Below are positions 42,540-52,277 of a DNA stretch of 64,000 nt, in pieces. Below the pieces are notes generated by a model that saw nothing but the letters and a program-made list of their open reading frames with translations, did no database searches and was not told the origin of the DNA. This DNA comes from an uncultured Sulfitobacter sp. (GTDB lineage Bacteria; Pseudomonadota; Alphaproteobacteria; Rhodobacterales; Rhodobacteraceae), in NCBI GenBank assembly GCA_938003685.1, contig CALKXT010000018.1, positions 4,921-68,920 on the forward strand, written 5' to 3'. The position numbers and the translations under genes are program-made. The number at the start of each line of letters is the position of its first letter. Within the stretch, counting starts at the first letter, position 1.

Positions 42540-43149
42540 ACGTGGCTATCATCACGGCAATCTCAAACAGGCACTGATTGATGCAGCGCTTGAACTGATT
42601 GAGTTGCGCGGACCAACCGGGTTTACCCTATCTGAGGCTGCCAAACAGGCGGGTGTAACCCCTGCTGCGGTGTATCGTCATTTTGAGGGTCGCGAAGATC
42701 TTATCGCTGAAGGTGCGATGCAGGGCTATGAGATTTTTGCAGATCTGATGGAGTTTGCCTATAAGTCCGGCCAACCCTCTGCCCTTAAGGCATTTGAGGC
42801 GACCGGGCGTGCCTATCTTGCGTTTGCGCGCAAATATCCCGGCCATTACATCGCGATGTTCGAAAGCGGCATTTCGGTGAACCGCACACCTGAATTGGCG
42901 TCTGTTGCTCATCGCGCCAACGGGGTGCTTGAACAAGCCGCCGATGATCTAAGCCAACACATTCCCGCCGACAAACGCCCACCAGCATCAATGTTTTCGG
43001 CCCATATCTGGGCACTGAGCCACGGCGTTGTGGAACTGTTTGCCCGTAATTCGCCGGGCCGCGCATCCCCTTTTCCACCCGAAGAACTGCTCGAAAGCGG
43101 GATTGGGATTTATCTGCGCGGATTGGGGCTTGTCGATCCAGATGGCTAG
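42532..43149 (+). CDS. TetR-family regulator
   Basis: YHHGNLK, AKQAGVTPAAVYRHF, WALSHG. Confidence 0.9.
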   Translation: MPKRGYHHGNLKQALIDAALELIELRGPTGFTLSEAAKQAGVTPAAVYRHFEGREDLIAEGAMQGYEIFADLMEFAYKSGQPSALKAFEATGRAYLAFARKYPGHYIAMFESGISVNRTPELASVAHRANGVLEQAADDLSQHIPADKRPPASMFSAHIWALSHGVVELFARNSPGRASPFPPEELLESGIGIYLRGLGLVDPDG

Positions 43150-43236
43150 GTGCATTGCACCGCATCCGAGGGTGTGGATGCTTTTGACCACCTCAGATCG
43201 GCGTGCTAAATAAATGGCAACAATAAGGGACGGAAA

Positions 43237-44043
43237 ATGTCAGATACTGCAAAGCAATTTCGTCGCAACCTTAAGGCAAAGATTCGCTATTATCTGCAAT
43301 TGGGTATGTCGCGCAGCCGCATCAAATCATATCTGTTTGACCTCATGCCCTACGCCACCGACCGGCCGCTGATCCGTGTCGGCGGTTCGGGTGATGGCGG
43401 TTATCTCCTGCCTGACGCTATGGATGGGCTGGTCGCGTGTTTTTCGCCCGGTGTGGACGACACGATGACCTTTGATTTGGAAATTATGAACCGTGGCGTT
43501 CCCTGTTTTCTGGCGGATGCATCCGTTGATGGACTGGCGCAGGATCACGCCCTTGCCACCTTCGACAAAGTCTTCCTTGGCCCTAAAACCGAGGGGATAT
43601 TTATCTCTCTTGATGATTGGGTGGCGCGTTATGCACCAACGCAGGGCGATTTGATCCTGCAAATGGACATTGAGGGTGCCGAATATACCACCCTGCCCGC
43701 GACCAGTGATGAAACCCTAAAGAGGTTCCGCATTATCGTGTTGGAACTACACAATCTTGAAAAGGTATTCAGCAACGCGAGTTTGACCAAGTATCAGACC
43801 TTTATCGATGCGATTTTGAAGCATTTTACCGTTGTTCATACCCACGGAAACAACAACACGTCCAAGATATCGGCGGGCGGTATTACTGTCCCAAGTGCAT
43901 TGGAAATTACCTTGCTGCGGAATGACTTTGTGAAAAACCCGACATTGCAAACACAATTGCCGCATCCACTGGATGAACCAAACGTACAAACCCAACCTGA
44001 TAATGTGATACCGTCAAACTGGGCTACTTACGGCACACACTAG
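43237..44043 (+). CDS. FkbM-like methyltransferase
   Basis: RVGGSGDGGY, LQMDIEGAEY, VLELH, H.HGNN. Confidence 0.75.
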   Translation: MSDTAKQFRRNLKAKIRYYLQLGMSRSRIKSYLFDLMPYATDRPLIRVGGSGDGGYLLPDAMDGLVACFSPGVDDTMTFDLEIMNRGVPCFLADASVDGLAQDHALATFDKVFLGPKTEGIFISLDDWVARYAPTQGDLILQMDIEGAEYTTLPATSDETLKRFRIIVLELHNLEKVFSNASLTKYQTFIDAILKHFTVVHTHGNNNTSKISAGGITVPSALEITLLRNDFVKNPTLQTQLPHPLDEPNVQTQPDNVIPSNWATYGTH

Positions 44044-44068
44044 GAAAACCGCAAACACCTGCCCAACG

Positions 44069-44102
44069 AAAAAGGCCGCTCCAATCTGGGGCGGCCTTTT
44101 CC
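44069..44102. terminator. bidirectional intrinsic terminator
   Basis: aaaaggccgc...gcggcctttt between convergent genes. Confidence 0.8.
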
Positions 44103-44121
44103 AATGTCGTATGTGTAAAAC

Positions 44122-44610
44122 TTAACGCTTTGAGAACTGGAAGCTCTTACGCGCTTTGGCCTTACCGTATTTCTTACGTTCCACAACGCGGCTGTCGCGT
44201 GTGAGGAAACCGGCTGCTTTCAATGCGCCGCGCAAGGAGGGTTCATAAAGCTGCAATGCTTTGGAAACACCGTGCTTAACCGCACCCGCTTGACCGGACA
44301 GACCACCGCCTTTGACCGTTGCAACAACGTCAAACTGATCAACGCGATCGGTGATTGAGAAAGGCTGTGCAAGGATCATCTGCAAAACCGGGCGCGCAAA
44401 ATATTCGTTCTGCGGCTTGCCGTTTACAGTTACTTTACCAGAACCTGGCTTGATCCAAACGCGGGCAACCGCATCTTTACGCTTGCCTGTGGCATAAGCA
44501 CGGCCAAGCGCGTCACGAACGGGTTCGCGTGGGGTCAATTCGACTTCTGGAGTTGCGGCAACGCCTGCAACTTCGGCCAAATCTTCGAGTGTGTTGATTT
44601 CGTCAGCCAT
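44122..44610 (-). CDS. rpsI: 30S ribosomal protein S9
   Basis: [28 protein letters not shown]. Confidence 0.98.
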   Translation of the reverse strand: MADEINTLEDLAEVAGVAATPEVELTPREPVRDALGRAYATGKRKDAVARVWIKPGSGKVTVNGKPQNEYFARPVLQMILAQPFSITDRVDQFDVVATVKGGGLSGQAGAVKHGVSKALQLYEPSLRGALKAAGFLTRDSRVVERKKYGKAKARKSFQFSKR

Positions 44611-44612
44611 GC

Positions 44613-45074
44613 TCATGCACTCCGCGTGTTTTTAGAGTTCATTGATTTCACATCAAGAACGACAGGGCTTTGCGCCTCGTGACCATGCTCTGTGCCTGCA
44701 TAAACGCGCAGGTTGGTCATGATCTGACGTGACAAACGGTTGCCAGGCAACATGCGTTTAACCGCTTGGGTCACGATACGCTCTGGGTGCTTGCCATCGA
44801 GGATCATCTGCTTGGTACGCTCTTTGATACCGCCCGGATGGCCTGTGTGCCAATAGAACATTTCTTCGCGCTTCTTACCGGTCATCTGGACCTTCTCAGC
44901 ATTGATAACGATGACGTTGTCGCCGCAATCCATGTGAGGTGTGAAAGAAGGCTTGTGCTTACCGCGCAAGCGCGTGGCAATAATCGATGCAAGACGGCCC
45001 AAAACAACGCCTTCAGCGTCGATAATGATCCATGTCTTGTCGATGTCTGCCGGTGTTGCAGAAAAGGTTTTCAT
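44613..45074 (-). CDS. rplM: 50S ribosomal protein L13
   Basis: [26 protein letters not shown]. Confidence 0.98.
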   Translation of the reverse strand: MKTFSATPADIDKTWIIIDAEGVVLGRLASIIATRLRGKHKPSFTPHMDCGDNVIVINAEKVQMTGKKREEMFYWHTGHPGGIKERTKQMILDGKHPERIVTQAVKRMLPGNRLSRQIMTNLRVYAGTEHGHEAQSPVVLDVKSMNSKNTRSA

Positions 45075-45247
45075 CGGAATTTCCCGTTTGGTGGTGAAAG
45101 CAATGCCAAACGGGCGATGCCTTCGTGTGATGGGCGGGTTATAAACGTACTATATGCCACGTCAAGCATGAGTAACTTGAATTTATTATTCAAAATCAGC
45201 GACTTACAAATTAGGTATCATATTACCCCACAAGGCAGTGCAAAAGA

Positions 45248-46654
45248 TCACACAGATATCTGCTCTGGCGGGTTATCCAACAAATCACGCAACCGCACCA
45301 GTGCGGCTTGAAAATTCTCCATTCTCACACCTGCATTGATCGCAAGACGTACTTTGTGACGAACGCGTGCGTCCCTGCCCGCAAATTCCTCGGCGGGGCG
45401 CACGGGCACATCTGCGGCCTCTGCTGCTTGGCAGAACGCACTGGCCCGCCAACCATAGGGCAGCGTGAGCCACAAAAACGGCACGTCCGGCCGGGCGTTC
45501 ACCTCATAACCAGCCAGTGCGGCAACCGCTGCTTCGATATATGTGCCATATATTTCGCGTGCCCGCGCAGTCAGGATGTTCACCCGTGGATCAGCCAGCA
45601 ACAACGCGGCTAAATCCAGCATCGGCGTGGGCAATCCAAAAAACCCATGTTCTTTCGCGCGCCGCAATACAGTTGTCTTACCCTCCGGGGCCACAGCAAA
45701 GCCCAACCGAACAGCTGGTGTAAGCGTCTTTGCAACTGAGGACACATACCACCCTCGCTCAGGGGCCAGCATGCGATAACTGGCATCGCGGTCTTCACCC
45801 ATGCGATAACAATCGTCTTCCAGTATTTGCAAATCATGGGCCCGCGAAACGGCAACCAATTCTTTGCGACGTTCGATTGGAGTACTCAGCACAGTTGGGT
45901 TGTGCACCTCTGGCGAAGTGCACAGCACTTGCGCTTCACATCCCCGCGCAGCAGCATCCAAAGCATCAGGGATGATACCGTGTTCATCCATCGCCACAGG
46001 CACCACATCGGCGCGCAGCAATTCAGCTGCACGCCGAAAGCCAGGGTATGCCAGTTCTTCGACCAAAACCGTGGGGCGACGGCCACTTAATATGGCTTGC
46101 AATACTAGAAAAATACCATGCTGCCCGCCCAGTGTCATGACGATATCCTCGGCCTCAAGGGGGCCCAGCGGCGTCCCGGACAGCCATTGCAACGCCGCTT
46201 TTCGTGCCGGAATGGCAGTTTTTCGGGTGGGATAATGCATCACGCCTGATGCGGGATCAGAGGCGACTTTGGCCAGCAACTCTCTAATCAATTCAGCCTG
46301 ACCAATGCTTGGCAAAACCGGCGAAAACATGTTGACGCGGTACATTTCATGCGGGCTGTTGTGAGCCAAAGCATCAATTTCAATTGGAATATAAGGAACG
46401 TCTGTTTGGGGTGCCGCCACATATGTGCCGCGCCCCACTTCGGCCTTCAACACCATCTCATCTGTTAAGATTGTGTAAGCGCGTGCAACCGTGCCAGGCG
46501 TAATGCCCAACTTCCATGCCAAATCGCGCACTGGCGGCAACTTGTCCCCGACAGATAAGTCACCATTCGCAATGGCCGTGCGAATGGTTGTGACAACCGC
46601 CTTGTATTTCGGTCCTGCCTGAACAGGCATCTCTGGTTGCCAAATTGTACCCAT
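45248..46654 (-). CDS. MocR/GabR-type GntR regulator with PLP aminotransferase domain
   Basis: GDKLPPVRDLA..LG..PGTV.RAY, HNPT, EDDCY, SSVAKTL. Confidence 0.9.
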   Translation of the reverse strand: MGTIWQPEMPVQAGPKYKAVVTTIRTAIANGDLSVGDKLPPVRDLAWKLGITPGTVARAYTILTDEMVLKAEVGRGTYVAAPQTDVPYIPIEIDALAHNSPHEMYRVNMFSPVLPSIGQAELIRELLAKVASDPASGVMHYPTRKTAIPARKAALQWLSGTPLGPLEAEDIVMTLGGQHGIFLVLQAILSGRRPTVLVEELAYPGFRRAAELLRADVVPVAMDEHGIIPDALDAAARGCEAQVLCTSPEVHNPTVLSTPIERRKELVAVSRAHDLQILEDDCYRMGEDRDASYRMLAPERGWYVSSVAKTLTPAVRLGFAVAPEGKTTVLRRAKEHGFFGLPTPMLDLAALLLADPRVNILTARAREIYGTYIEAAVAALAGYEVNARPDVPFLWLTLPYGWRASAFCQAAEAADVPVRPAEEFAGRDARVRHKVRLAINAGVRMENFQAALVRLRDLLDNPPEQISV

Positions 46655-46733
46655 TACAATGTTTACCTAGCCATTCTGAGTTTATCTTTGTACCAATAAT
46701 ATGTAGCGCATTGCTGCATTGTGTCAATACAAT
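46644..46733. promoter_or_regulatory. ATTGT-N6/7-ACAAT palindromes, candidate MocR operators
   Basis: 46644-46660, 46718-46733 and a half site at about 46687. Confidence 0.55.
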
Positions 46734-46752
46734 TTAAACAAAGGAGTTCCCC

Positions 46753-46983
46753 ATGACACACGCATTGACCCTCTCTTCTGAGATGATGACCACCCTTAAC
46801 ACCCGCGGCCTGCCCGTTGCGGCACTTTTGGCGGTGAAATTTGCGGTCTGCGTGACGAAATGGGCCACACGCCGCAACACACGCCGGGCACTTAAGCAAT
46901 TGCAGCCATGGCAGTTACGCGATGTGGGACTAACACGGGATGAGGCTTTGACGGAGGCGTCGCGCGTGTTCTGGAAAGCATAA
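46753..46983 (+). CDS. DUF1127 small protein
   Basis: RR.TRRALKQL..WQLRDVGLTR motif; AAGGAG RBS. Confidence 0.88.
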   Translation: MTHALTLSSEMMTTLNTRGLPVAALLAVKFAVCVTKWATRRNTRRALKQLQPWQLRDVGLTRDEALTEASRVFWKA

Positions 46984-47017
46984 CATCCCTGTGGTGACTT
47001 CCAGACCTCTTCGACTT

Positions 47018-47049
47018 GGGCCGGGCTAACCCCCGGCCCTTTTTTATTT
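47018..47049 (+). terminator. intrinsic terminator
   Basis: gggccggg-ctaac-ccccggccc-tttttt. Confidence 0.8.
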
Positions 47050-47477
47050 CAACTCAACGGTTTGGGCGGGATTGCATAGGTTAGGCTGGCCCGCGCCACT
47101 GGTTTGTCTAACCCTTCTGAATAAATCAGCACGTCTGTGACAGACAGTAACTTGCCCAGCTTCAAAAGCTGCGCCTTGGCAATCAAATGCGCCCCAGCCG
47201 CAGGTTTGCGCATAAAATCAATCGAACAATTCGTCGTCACCGCCAAGGCTTGCGGCCCGATCTGTGACAGCGTGACCAAATAGGCCGCAACATCTGCCAA
47301 TGCGAACATTGACGGGCCAGAAATTGTACCCCCCGGTCGCAGATGCTTATTTGCGGTTAACAAACGCATGGTAATCTCGCCCTCACCCACATGATCAACG
47401 GCAAAGTCATCGGCCACTTGGTCAAACACTTCGCGCATAAACACGGTTAACGCCTCTGCATCCATCATTACGGCCAT
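47049..47477 (-). CDS. PaaI family thioesterase
   Basis: HLRPGGTISGPSMFALAD, AVTTNCSIDFMRKP. Confidence 0.88.
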   Translation of the reverse strand: MAVMMDAEALTVFMREVFDQVADDFAVDHVGEGEITMRLLTANKHLRPGGTISGPSMFALADVAAYLVTLSQIGPQALAVTTNCSIDFMRKPAAGAHLIAKAQLLKLGKLLSVTDVLIYSEGLDKPVARASLTYAIPPKPLS

Positions 47478-47536
47478 GCTTGTTCTCTCCTACTCTATCG
47501 CCCTAGACTTGGCCTAAATCACGGACGGAGGGCAAG

Positions 47537-48322
47537 ATGACAATTTTACAAGTTGAGGTACGCGGTGCAGTGGCGCACCTCACGATGAACGCGCCAGAGC
47601 GCTTAAATGCTCTGTCAGATGAAATGTTGGTAGCTTTGCAAACGACCTTGAATACGATCGCTGCGGACACGCAGGTTCGAGTCGTGGTTATTGCAGGTGC
47701 GGGCAAAGCGTTCTGCGCAGGCCATGATCTGCGGCAAATGACAGCAATGCGCGAAAATGCCGATGGTGGGGTTGCGGCGTTCAAAGACTTGTTTGACCGT
47801 TGCGCAGCTGTGATGGCGCGTATCCAGTCGATGCCTCAGCCCGTCATCGCGCAGGTTCATGGGATCGCGACAGCCGCGGGGTGCCAGTTGGTTGCTACTT
47901 GTGATCTGGCTGTGGCGGCAACAGGCACACGGTTCGGCGTGAACGGCGTCAACATAGGGTTGTTTTGTTCAACCCCTATGGTCGCCCTATCGCGCAATAT
48001 CCAGCGTAAGAAGGCCTTTGAGATGCTGGTAACGGGCGATTTCATCGACGCCAACCGCGCCGAAGAACTGGGGTTGATCAATCGCGTGGTTGATCCCGAT
48101 GATCTGGAGTCCGAAACCATCGCCCTCGCCGATCAAATTGCGTCTAAACTCGGCTCCGCAGTGAAATTAGGCAAAACTGCCTTTTATCAGCAAATTCAAA
48201 TGCCAATTGATCAAGCCTATGCCTACACTGGTGACGTTATGGTTGAAAATATGCAGAACAAAGACACCGTTGAGGGCATCAATGCCTTCCTTGAGAAACG
48301 AGACCCCGAGTGGTCCCAGTGA
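47537..48322 (+). CDS. enoyl-CoA hydratase family protein
   Basis: AFCAGHDL, GIATAAGCQL, GLFCSTP. Confidence 0.9.
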   Translation: MTILQVEVRGAVAHLTMNAPERLNALSDEMLVALQTTLNTIAADTQVRVVVIAGAGKAFCAGHDLRQMTAMRENADGGVAAFKDLFDRCAAVMARIQSMPQPVIAQVHGIATAAGCQLVATCDLAVAATGTRFGVNGVNIGLFCSTPMVALSRNIQRKKAFEMLVTGDFIDANRAEELGLINRVVDPDDLESETIALADQIASKLGSAVKLGKTAFYQQIQMPIDQAYAYTGDVMVENMQNKDTVEGINAFLEKRDPEWSQ

Positions 48323-48397
48323 TTGTTTCCAAATTCGTGGTTAATTGTTCGCAATTTTGTTCTAGCAAATTGGGCAGAAATGGGGCATCAATAGGGC

Positions 48398-48516
48398 AAG
48401 GCCGAAACGCCTTATAGATTTTGGGTCGCCGACGGCGGAAGGTCCCTCCAGGTCAGCCTCTCACTGATCGACCGTTACCGCAGCGGCGACCCCAAAAATC
48501 TCTCTCCCCCCACTTC
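48398..48516 (+). ncRNA. candidate structured small RNA
   Basis: Long closing stem 48416-48431/48484-48501 with internal hairpins; no credible ORF; strand uncertain. Confidence 0.45.
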
Positions 48517-48577
48517 AGGCGAATAAGAACATCACTTCCTGTTGCCTATATGCGCACCCTGCCCTACATCGCGGGTC

Positions 48578-49915
48578 ATGACAGATACACTCCACATCAT
48601 CGGCGGCGGCATGGCCGGATCAGAGGCCGCTTGGCAGGCTGCAAATGCAGGAATTTCCGTGGTAATCCACGAAATGCGCCCCAAGGTCGGCACATTTGCC
48701 CATCAGACCGGGCTTTTGGGCGAAATGGTGTGTTCCAATTCGTTCCGCTCGGATGACAGCGAACAAAACGCGGTTGGCTTGCTGCATTGGGAAATGCGCG
48801 CGGCTAATGGGTTGATCATGGCAACCGCCGACAAACACAAGATCCCTGCCGGCGGTGCCTTGGCGGTGGATCGCGACCCATTTGCGCAATCGGTGACAGA
48901 TGCGTTGATGGCGCACCCGAATATCACAATTGAATATGGTGAAATCACCGAATTGCCCAAGGATGGTCATTGGATCATCGCCACCGGGCCCCTGACATCT
49001 GGTTCTTTGGCCGAGGCGATTGCCGCCCAAACCGGTGCGGAAGCCTTGGCGTTTTTCGACGCCATCGCCCCAATCGTTTATTTCGACAGCATCAACATGG
49101 AAAAAGCATGGATGCAGTCGCGTTATGACAAGGGCGAGACCGAAGAAGAACGGACCGCCTATCTGAACTGCCCAATGGATAAAGAAACATATGAAGCGTT
49201 CATTGACGCGCTGTTGGCCGCAGACAAGACTGAATTCCGCGAAGGCGAAACCGCTGGGTATTTTGACGGCTGCCTGCCCATAGAAGTGATGGCAGAACGG
49301 GGTCGTGAAACCCTGCGCTTTGGCCCAATGAAGCCCGTTGGCCTGACCAATGAACATCAACCAGACGTCAAAGCCTATGCTGTTGTGCAGCTACGCCGCG
49401 ACAACAAATTGGGCACGCTGTACAATATCGTCGGCTTTCAAACCAAGATGAAGTACGGCGCGCAAGCTGATGTTTTAAAAATGATTCCCGGCCTTGAGGA
49501 TGCAAAATTTGCACGCCTTGGCGGTATCCATCGCAATTCATTTATCAACTCGCCCACCTTGCTGGATGATCAGATGCGTCTGCGTTCACAGCCCAATATT
49601 CGTTTTGCCGGGCAGATCACTGGCGTCGAAGGCTACGTTGAAAGCGCCGCCATGGGCCTACTTGCCGGTCGTATGGCCGTGGCTGAAATCAACGGCGAAG
49701 AAATCAGCGCGCCGCCAAATACAACGGCGATGGGTGCCTTAATCACCCATATCACAGGCGGTGCCGAGGCAAAGACATTCCAGCCGATGAACGTGAATTT
49801 TGGCCTGTTTCCCCCTGTTGAAGGTCTAAAGTCAGGCCGTCGCGGTCGCAAAGATCGCTACAAGGCCTACACCGACCGTGCCAAAGTCGACTGGCAAAGC
49901 TGGCTGGAAAGATAA
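48578..49915 (+). CDS. trmFO: FAD-dependent tRNA (uracil-5-)-methyltransferase
   Basis: [38 protein letters not shown]. Confidence 0.96.
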   Translation: MTDTLHIIGGGMAGSEAAWQAANAGISVVIHEMRPKVGTFAHQTGLLGEMVCSNSFRSDDSEQNAVGLLHWEMRAANGLIMATADKHKIPAGGALAVDRDPFAQSVTDALMAHPNITIEYGEITELPKDGHWIIATGPLTSGSLAEAIAAQTGAEALAFFDAIAPIVYFDSINMEKAWMQSRYDKGETEEERTAYLNCPMDKETYEAFIDALLAADKTEFREGETAGYFDGCLPIEVMAERGRETLRFGPMKPVGLTNEHQPDVKAYAVVQLRRDNKLGTLYNIVGFQTKMKYGAQADVLKMIPGLEDAKFARLGGIHRNSFINSPTLLDDQMRLRSQPNIRFAGQITGVEGYVESAAMGLLAGRMAVAEINGEEISAPPNTTAMGALITHITGGAEAKTFQPMNVNFGLFPPVEGLKSGRRGRKDRYKAYTDRAKVDWQSWLER

Positions 49916-49953
49916 CACTGGACGCTTTGCCTGTTCCTTCGTAGTTTTTTCGG

Positions 49954-50568
49954 ATGAGTGAAAATTTTCTCGACAAAGCATATGGCGCACGCGACGCGGC
50001 ATCGACACGCAAATTATATGATGACTGGGCAGCCAGCTATGAAGCTGAAATAGCCGAAAATGGCTATGCTACACCGCGCCGTTGCGCTGAGGCACTGGCG
50101 AAGTTTAGCGATGATCCAACCCTGCCGATCCTCGATTTTGGTTGTGGTACTGGATTGTCGGGATTGGCCCTTAAACTTGCCGGATTCACAACGATTGATG
50201 GTGTTGATCTGTCCAAAGATATGTTGGCGCAGGCAACGGACAAGGATGTTTACCGATCCCTTAATCAGATCGAAGCGGGTGCCGCCTTGTCCCACAAACC
50301 GGGAGACTACGCCGCAATCGCAGCCATTGGCGTGATCGGCGCGGGTGCTGCTCCAATTTCAACCTTTGACACGTTGATGAAGGGGTTGACCAAAGGCGGA
50401 TTTCTGGTGTTTTCCTTCAATGATCATGCCCTTGAGGACAAAGCAAATGAGGGGCGTATCAATGAATGGACTGATTGCGGTGCCGCGCGGTTATTGTTTC
50501 GCGAACATGGAGATCACCTGCCCGGAATTGACTTGAAGTCCAACGTATATGTGATTGAAAAAAATTGA
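49954..50568 (+). CDS. class I SAM-dependent methyltransferase
   Basis: YDDWAASY, ILDFGCGTGL, GVDLS. Confidence 0.85.
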   Translation: MSENFLDKAYGARDAASTRKLYDDWAASYEAEIAENGYATPRRCAEALAKFSDDPTLPILDFGCGTGLSGLALKLAGFTTIDGVDLSKDMLAQATDKDVYRSLNQIEAGAALSHKPGDYAAIAAIGVIGAGAAPISTFDTLMKGLTKGGFLVFSFNDHALEDKANEGRINEWTDCGAARLLFREHGDHLPGIDLKSNVYVIEKN

Positions 50569-51425
50569 CCTTTCGCACACGTTTTGCGCCATCGCCCACA
50601 GGGCCATTGCATCTGGGTCATGCGTATTCTGCGCTGTTGGCCTATGATATGGCAAGGGCTGAGGGCGGCGAGATTCTGCTGCGTATTGAGGACATCGACC
50701 AATCCCGCGCCCGCCCGGAATGGGAGGCGCAGATTTACGATGATCTGGGGTGGTTGGGCGTGTCATGGTCTCAACCTGTCATGCGACAATCAGAACAACA
50801 GGCGCGTTACGATGCGGCACTTGATCAGCTTTGGGAACAGGGTTTTCTTTATGCCTGCACCTGTACGCGGGCAGACATAAAAGCAGCTTTGAACGCACCT
50901 CAAGAAGGGTCACCTTTGCTGGGGCCGGATGGTGTTATCTATCCTGGTACATGCCGACCACATAAGCCTTCAAACATCGGTCCAAGGCCAGATGCCGTAC
51001 TGCGTTTAAATATGCTAATGGTACTGCAAGCCCTTGATATAGATCATATTTCCTTTCAGGAGACAGGGGCTGGCCCCAATGGTGAAATGGGCAACATGGC
51101 CTACGGTGATATGATCCAAACTGTGGGTGACATCGTTCTGGCCCGACGTGATATGGGCACCTCTTATCATCTATCGGTGGTTTTGGATGATGCAGCCCAA
51201 GACATCACACATGTAGTGCGTGGGGAGGATTTGTTTGAAGCAACAAAAATCCATGTGGTTCTGCAAAGACTGCTTAAATTGCCCACGCCGATCTATCACC
51301 ACCACAAGTTAATCCGTGACGATCAGGGAAAACGCCTTGCCAAACGTGATGATGCGCGCGCGATTTCCCTCTACCGAAAGGAAGGCGCAACACCGGAAGA
51401 TATTCGTTCTATCATAGGGCCTTAG
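50565..51425 (+). CDS. gluQ: glutamyl-Q tRNA(Asp) synthetase
   Basis: RFAPSPTGPLHLGH, RIEDID, RGEDL, RLAKR; no anticodon-binding domain. Confidence 0.92.
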   Translation: MTFRTRFAPSPTGPLHLGHAYSALLAYDMARAEGGEILLRIEDIDQSRARPEWEAQIYDDLGWLGVSWSQPVMRQSEQQARYDAALDQLWEQGFLYACTCTRADIKAALNAPQEGSPLLGPDGVIYPGTCRPHKPSNIGPRPDAVLRLNMLMVLQALDIDHISFQETGAGPNGEMGNMAYGDMIQTVGDIVLARRDMGTSYHLSVVLDDAAQDITHVVRGEDLFEATKIHVVLQRLLKLPTPIYHHHKLIRDDQGKRLAKRDDARAISLYRKEGATPEDIRSIIGP

Positions 51426-51434
51426 AGCGCGACC

Positions 51435-52208
51435 TTAACCCGGCAAGCTGCGCCAAGGTTTGGGCATGATCACCCAGCGACCGTTCAGATACATCAACCC
51501 ATCAAACGCCAAGCCCAAGGTTTCGCCGGCTTCAATAAACTTAAAACGTACAATCGGTACATCGATCTTAAAGTATTGCAGCACGTCTTTGTAACCACCC
51601 GGGAACTCATCCAATACGGGTTGTTTTTCAAGCAACGCGCGGGTGGTTGTGTAGACCACCAGAATGTCATTGTGGTCTGCTTTGGGGCCAAAGGCGGTTC
51701 CCGGTCCCATCTGTTCTTGATAACTTGCCCACATCGCTGTTGCCAAAGGTTCGGCATAGACCGCTTTCACCTCCGCTTCGGTTGGCAGGATCGCTTGGGT
51801 CAAGGCGCGTAAATCAGCGCCGGGTTGTAGGAATTCCATCAGCAAGGCGCGTACTTCTGCCTCACTGCCCGGTGCAGCGGCTTGGGACGCTGGTGCGGTA
51901 TCCTTAGGACGGCTGCTCGCCTCAACCAAGGCCAAGATACTCGCGTTTGGGTTGGCCTGACAGACCCGGGCAAGGTTACCGATCAACACCGCATTATTGT
52001 TGCTATCAACTGGGCGCACAGTGTCAGCGCGCGCGGCAATAAATCCAAATGTCCACGCTGCGATCATCGCCTGATCTGCATCGCTCGCGTTCCCCAAAAT
52101 GGTTGTACAATTACCATTTGGATCAAAGCCAACAGTCTGCGCATGTGCCATCTGGCCAAAACCAGCCGCACACAAAAGCGCGCCAAGTGTCGCCGTTACC
52201 TTGTTCAT
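51435..52208 (-). CDS. exported two-domain hypothetical protein
   Basis: Signal peptide, Cys pair in N-domain, Pro/Ala linker, C-domain with FPGGY and RWVIMPKPWR. Confidence 0.75.
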   Translation of the reverse strand: MNKVTATLGALLCAAGFGQMAHAQTVGFDPNGNCTTILGNASDADQAMIAAWTFGFIAARADTVRPVDSNNNAVLIGNLARVCQANPNASILALVEASSRPKDTAPASQAAAPGSEAEVRALLMEFLQPGADLRALTQAILPTEAEVKAVYAEPLATAMWASYQEQMGPGTAFGPKADHNDILVVYTTTRALLEKQPVLDEFPGGYKDVLQYFKIDVPIVRFKFIEAGETLGLAFDGLMYLNGRWVIMPKPWRSLPG

Positions 52209-52277
52209 AGCGTCATCCCTCGTCCCCAGACCTTATCTATTCAAAGGCTAGCGCAAGGATCACTGTTTGGCAAAACA

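Noticed and set aside
48347-48362. GTTC...GTTC resembling a LexA box
   Set aside because: The spacer is 8 nt, not the canonical 7.
48416-48501. SRP (4.5S) RNA or tRNA
   Set aside because: Lacks the SRP CAGG-GNRA-AGCA motif arrangement and has no tRNA cloverleaf or TTCGA arm.
48620-49360. Long antisense ORFs (this 246-aa one, 32478-33137 and similar)
   Set aside because: Shadows of well-supported genes on the opposite strand, with no recognisable motifs.
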